This document shows, piece after piece, positions 60,493-64,000 of a DNA stretch of 64,000 bases. Under the pieces are notes generated by a model, which had not been told where the DNA came from, did not search any database, and was given only the letters and a program-made list of their open reading frames with translations. The DNA is taken from positions 1,952,001 to 2,016,000 of the forward strand of contig OY761611.1 of assembly GCA_963664875.1 (NCBI GenBank). The letters are read 5' to 3'. Both the position numbers and the translations under genes were made by a program. Each line of letters opens with the position of its first letter. Within the stretch, counting starts at the first letter, position 1. The DNA is from Candidatus Kapaibacterium sp. Its GTDB lineage: Bacteria; Bacteroidota; Ignavibacteria; Kapaibacteriales; UBA2268.

Positions 60493-61221
60493 TTACTCAA
60501 TTTTCATGCCAAGACGTGCCAAGCCTGATTTAGCAAGCGTTGTAAACTCGTTCTGATATGTATCGGCAACTATCTGATTATAAAGCTCTTCAGCTTTTTT
60601 TGTATCTTTTGCCACTTCAAATAATTTACCTGCATAATATTTATATCTGAATTCTGTATTTTTTTGCACTGCTAATTGGCTTGCCTGAAGGTATAAATCC
60701 GCTGCTTCAAGAGCTTTTCCTTCTTTTTCCCTGCATGCTCCCATACCGGCTAAAGCACCCATTTTCAACACGTTAGACTCACTTTCGCCAGCCATATCAA
60801 AAAATTTTGCAGCTTCTGCCAATTTGTTTTGTACCAAATAAGCGTTTGCTGCATACAATGCTGCCTGCATACCCTGATCAGTACCTGAGTACTGCTCAGC
60901 CACTTCCGGAAGACTCATGATAGGCATTCCGTCGATTTTTATAGACTTATCGCCATTGAGTGCTTTGTCGTATTCGCCGTTAAAATAATAAGCCTGAATA
61001 CGGGATAGAGCCACAGATGCTTCGTTAATCTCTTCTTCTTTCTGGGAGTTAACGAAATATCCGACTAATAAAACTACTAATAGACCGGCAGCTCCTGCCA
61101 AGATATAACGACCATATTTCTTTACTTTTTCCATTATGTCTTCATGGTCGTCTATCAAAATCTCGTTCTCAACCTGAATCATAGGTTCTTGATTGAGCTC
61201 TTCTTGGTTTTTCATTATCAA
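60493..61221 (-). CDS. Membrane-anchored TPR protein (YfgM-like)
   Basis: Single N-terminal TM, TPR-like helices, QYSGTDQG..AALY. Confidence 0.8.
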   Translation of the reverse strand: MIMKNQEELNQEPMIQVENEILIDDHEDIMEKVKKYGRYILAGAAGLLVVLLVGYFVNSQKEEEINEASVALSRIQAYYFNGEYDKALNGDKSIKIDGMPIMSLPEVAEQYSGTDQGMQAALYAANAYLVQNKLAEAAKFFDMAGESESNVLKMGALAGMGACREKEGKALEAADLYLQASQLAVQKNTEFRYKYYAGKLFEVAKDTKKAEELYNQIVADTYQNEFTTLAKSGLARLGMKIE

Positions 61222-61250
61222 CCTTTCTTCTATATTTTTAAAATACTTAG

Positions 61251-61324
61251 CACGCCCGAAGGGATTCGAACCCCCAACCTCTGGAACCGGAATCCAACAC
61301 TCTATCCAGTTGAGCTACGGGCGT
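61251..61324 (-). tRNA. tRNA-Arg(CCG)
   Basis: ACGCCCG acceptor stem, TAGCTCAACTGGATAGAG D-arm, anticodon loop TTCCGGT, GGTTCGAATCC T-arm; CCA not encoded. Confidence 0.95.
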
Positions 61325-61485
61325 AAATATACTATACGCTCCTTAGCCTACAAATATAAAACACATACCTTACATTTCCAATCTAAATTGTGAATGAATT
61401 CAAGGTATGTGTCTTTTATCTGTTTTTTCTTGTCAATGCTATTCCACAGTGTCAGGTTTTTTACACATTACACAAAATGTGTCAA

Positions 61486-63615
61486 CTAATACCTGACAGT
61501 TTCCAAAGCAGCCAATTTTACATCTTCAATATTTAGCAATATACTCTTTTCGTACTCTTTCGCAAAACCTACCGGAGTATTTTTTGAGCCTATTCTTTTT
61601 ACAGGTGCGTCTAAGTATTTGAACATTTTATCTGTTATTTCCGCAGCTATTTCGCCACCAAATCCACCGATAACTCTGTCCTCATGAGCAATTAGTACTT
61701 TGCCTGTTTTTTCAACAGAGGCGAATACGGTTTCCTTATCCCAAGGGGCAAGAGTTCTTAAGTCTATTACTTCTGCTTCGATACCTTCTTTTGCCAACTC
61801 TTCAGCAGCGAATAATGAAAGATGGACAGCAGTACCATAACTAACGATGGTCAAATCTTTGCCTTCTCTTCTGATTTTCGCCTTGCCAAAAGGTACGATG
61901 AAATCATCTCCGGGTTTAGGAGCAGCTGCAGGTTTAAAATTATATAAAAATTTTGGTTCGAGGAACATAGTCGGACCTTCGGAACGAATTGAATTACGCA
62001 TTAGCCCCACAGCATCATCAGCAAATGCAGGAATTACTACTCTAATCCCAGGCTGTGTTGTGAATATTGCTTCAAGATTTTGTGAGTGATAAAGTCCGCC
62101 TTGAATATAGCCACCACTTGCCAGCCTAAGAGTAACGTTAGGTGAAAATTGTCCTTTTGTTCTCCAGTATTCGTGAGTCAGTTCAATAAACTGTTCCATA
62201 GCCGGCCAGAAGTAATCTGCAAATTCAGCACCTTCAATCACAACTCGTATATCTTTGTCGTATCTACTGAATCCGTTAGCAGAGCCAACTATTAAATCTT
62301 CAGCTATAGGGGCATTAAAGATTCTGTCTTTTCCAAATTCTTCAGGCATTCCTTTTACTATATTAAAAACGCCACCTTTACCTATGTCCTGCCCCCACAT
62401 AAACGTTTTTGGGTTTCTTCTGAATTCACCTTTTAATGCTAAATTCAGACCTTCCAGATAAGTAATGGGTTCAGCATTTGGGTCAATATCTTTTTCTTTA
62501 TCATCCCATATATTAATGTATGCAGGAGGCATTAAAAATTCCATATAGGAATCCCCGTTTGCGTTTGGTGCTGCTTCGGCTTTGTCCGCAGCTGCAAACA
62601 TTTCGATTTTATTATCCTCTTCAATTTTCAGAACTTCTTCTTCTGTAAGTATGCCTCTGTTAATTACATGCCATCTAAACTGCATCAGTGGATCACGCCT
62701 TTTCACAGCAGCGAGCTCTTCTTCTGATCTGTAAGATTCATGCCTGTCTGAGTTAGAGTGAGAAGTTACACGGTCGCAATCAGCATGAACCATCGCCGGT
62801 CCATTACCTTCGAGAGAATAATTCCTTGCTTCTTCTAAGGCTCTAAAAGAATCAAATGGGTCTCTACCGTCGCAGTTGATAATTTTTAGGTTTTTCATAC
62901 CGCTATAGTTGTCAGAAACAACATGATTAGCTGTCTGATCTATAATTGGTACTGAAATGCCGTATTTGTTGTTTTGAATAACATAAATTACCGGCAATTT
63001 TTCTAATGTCGCTGCATTTAATGATTCCCAGAAGTATCCTTCGGAAATTGCAGATTCGCCACTTGAATAATATGCCACAATATCATCGTTAAATTTTTTT
63101 GCAGCTCTTGCAAGTCCAACTGCGTGAAGTGAATGATTGCCTGTGCAAGAAGAAACATTTTGAATATTTATCGAAGGTTTAGCGAAGTGGTTACTCATGT
63201 GTCTTCCACCTCCTGCGACGTCAGTTTCTTTACTCAAGCCGTTAAGAATTATTTCTTCAGGAGTAATTCCTGCGGCAAGACTAGTCATCATATCACGATA
63301 ATAAGGGAACAAGTAATCTTTCTTTTGTCTGAAAATGCGTCCGAGAGCCAATTGGATTCCGTCATGACCTGCAAAAGGAGCATGATAAGACCATCCTTTA
63401 GCCATTTTTAAATAAAGAGCAGCTTTTTCATCCATTTTTCTGCCGAGATGCATTAGCTTATACCACTCTATAATCTTTTCTTTATCAAAACCTTCGAAAT
63501 CAAATTTGCTCGAAAGTTCTATTTCTACCTCTTTGCCATTGTAAATCATTTTCTCTACAGAAGGCACCACTTTGTCACCGGCCTTTTTCGAGTTAGTCGC
63601 TTTCTTTGCTGCCAT
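61486..63615 (-). CDS. 2-oxoacid dehydrogenase E1, fused alpha/beta (likely branched-chain)
   Basis: PYYRD, GESAISEG...QNN TPP-binding motif, HSNSD; beta half FNAPIAE, HSQ, EPK, IDLRTL. Confidence 0.92.
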   Translation of the reverse strand: MAAKKATNSKKAGDKVVPSVEKMIYNGKEVEIELSSKFDFEGFDKEKIIEWYKLMHLGRKMDEKAALYLKMAKGWSYHAPFAGHDGIQLALGRIFRQKKDYLFPYYRDMMTSLAAGITPEEIILNGLSKETDVAGGGRHMSNHFAKPSINIQNVSSCTGNHSLHAVGLARAAKKFNDDIVAYYSSGESAISEGYFWESLNAATLEKLPVIYVIQNNKYGISVPIIDQTANHVVSDNYSGMKNLKIINCDGRDPFDSFRALEEARNYSLEGNGPAMVHADCDRVTSHSNSDRHESYRSEEELAAVKRRDPLMQFRWHVINRGILTEEEVLKIEEDNKIEMFAAADKAEAAPNANGDSYMEFLMPPAYINIWDDKEKDIDPNAEPITYLEGLNLALKGEFRRNPKTFMWGQDIGKGGVFNIVKGMPEEFGKDRIFNAPIAEDLIVGSANGFSRYDKDIRVVIEGAEFADYFWPAMEQFIELTHEYWRTKGQFSPNVTLRLASGGYIQGGLYHSQNLEAIFTTQPGIRVVIPAFADDAVGLMRNSIRSEGPTMFLEPKFLYNFKPAAAPKPGDDFIVPFGKAKIRREGKDLTIVSYGTAVHLSLFAAEELAKEGIEAEVIDLRTLAPWDKETVFASVEKTGKVLIAHEDRVIGGFGGEIAAEITDKMFKYLDAPVKRIGSKNTPVGFAKEYEKSILLNIEDVKLAALETVRY

Positions 63616-63715
63616 CGTTCTATTCCATATTTTTTATTAATACTAATTATTTTCTTTGTCGTAACTAAATCGGCTTGCACCAATATGGATAGAACGAATA
63701 TTGCCAATAGAGATT

Positions 63716-63910
63716 TTATATTAAATCATTTTTTAGGTATTCCGAAATATATTTAGGATTTATATCAGGGTAAGTTAATGTTATGATTTTTATTAGTTTA
63801 CCAACGTTTTTAATAGGATCTGTCGCAATTTTGAGCTGGCTCATAGTTTCTGTATCAAGTACTTTGTTTATACTTTGAGCGATATACTCTCTATCATTAT
63901 TATATATCAT
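63716..63910 (-). CDS. Small hypothetical protein or 3' gene fragment
   Basis: 64 aa ORF; the frame stays open upstream to a TAG near the window end. Confidence 0.3.
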   Translation of the reverse strand: MIYNNDREYIAQSINKVLDTETMSQLKIATDPIKNVGKLIKIITLTYPDINPKYISEYLKNDLI

Positions 63911-64000
63911 TTTGTTCTTTTTCGCAAATTCTATGTAATCGAAATTACAATCAACTATCGAGAGTTTAAGAAGCTCTACACAACTTTCTTTGCTAATCTG

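Noticed and set aside
61251-61324. tRNA-Arg as an integration site for the T9SS cluster
   Set aside because: No duplicated tRNA 3' end or integrase seen, and the cluster's codon usage looks native.
3953-61467. Shared 19-mer GTGTCAGRTTTTTTACACA at 3953-3971 and 61449-61467
   Set aside because: Only two copies, one inside a CDS; such a match can occur by chance in 64 kb of AT-rich sequence.

Overview
AT-rich bacterial chromosomal window. The many C-terminal T9SS (Por) sorting domains, the TonB receptor, GGAG-type RBSs and the fused E1 dehydrogenase point to the FCB group, probably Kapabacteria/Ignavibacteria-like (inferred, not proven). Housekeeping and envelope genes include rsmB-like, a DEDD/GIY-YIG nuclease, mscS, corA, mntH, gmhA, engB, GT2/GT9/GT39 glycosyltransferases, tRNA-Arg(CCG) and a fused E1 2-oxoacid dehydrogenase. 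An accessory stretch (about 12-34 kb) holds three tandem Asp-box lipoproteins, an arsR-E-P-F-G-C-acr3 cluster with REP/MITE insertions, and a DarTG toxin-antitoxin pair. The main candidate system is a ~15 kb minus-strand cluster (45.3-60.4 kb) of T9SS-secreted proteins. It combines dockerin-like, cohesin-like, Pmp-type beta-helix, NIDO and BACON modules with no recognisable CAZyme, suggesting a non-cellulolytic cohesin-dockerin surface complex. Also notable: two unrelated cassettes each bracketed by near-identical duplicated terminator hairpins, and a candidate ~290-nt structured ncRNA at 39.3-39.6 kb. All domain calls come from reading motifs by eye; no database search was run.
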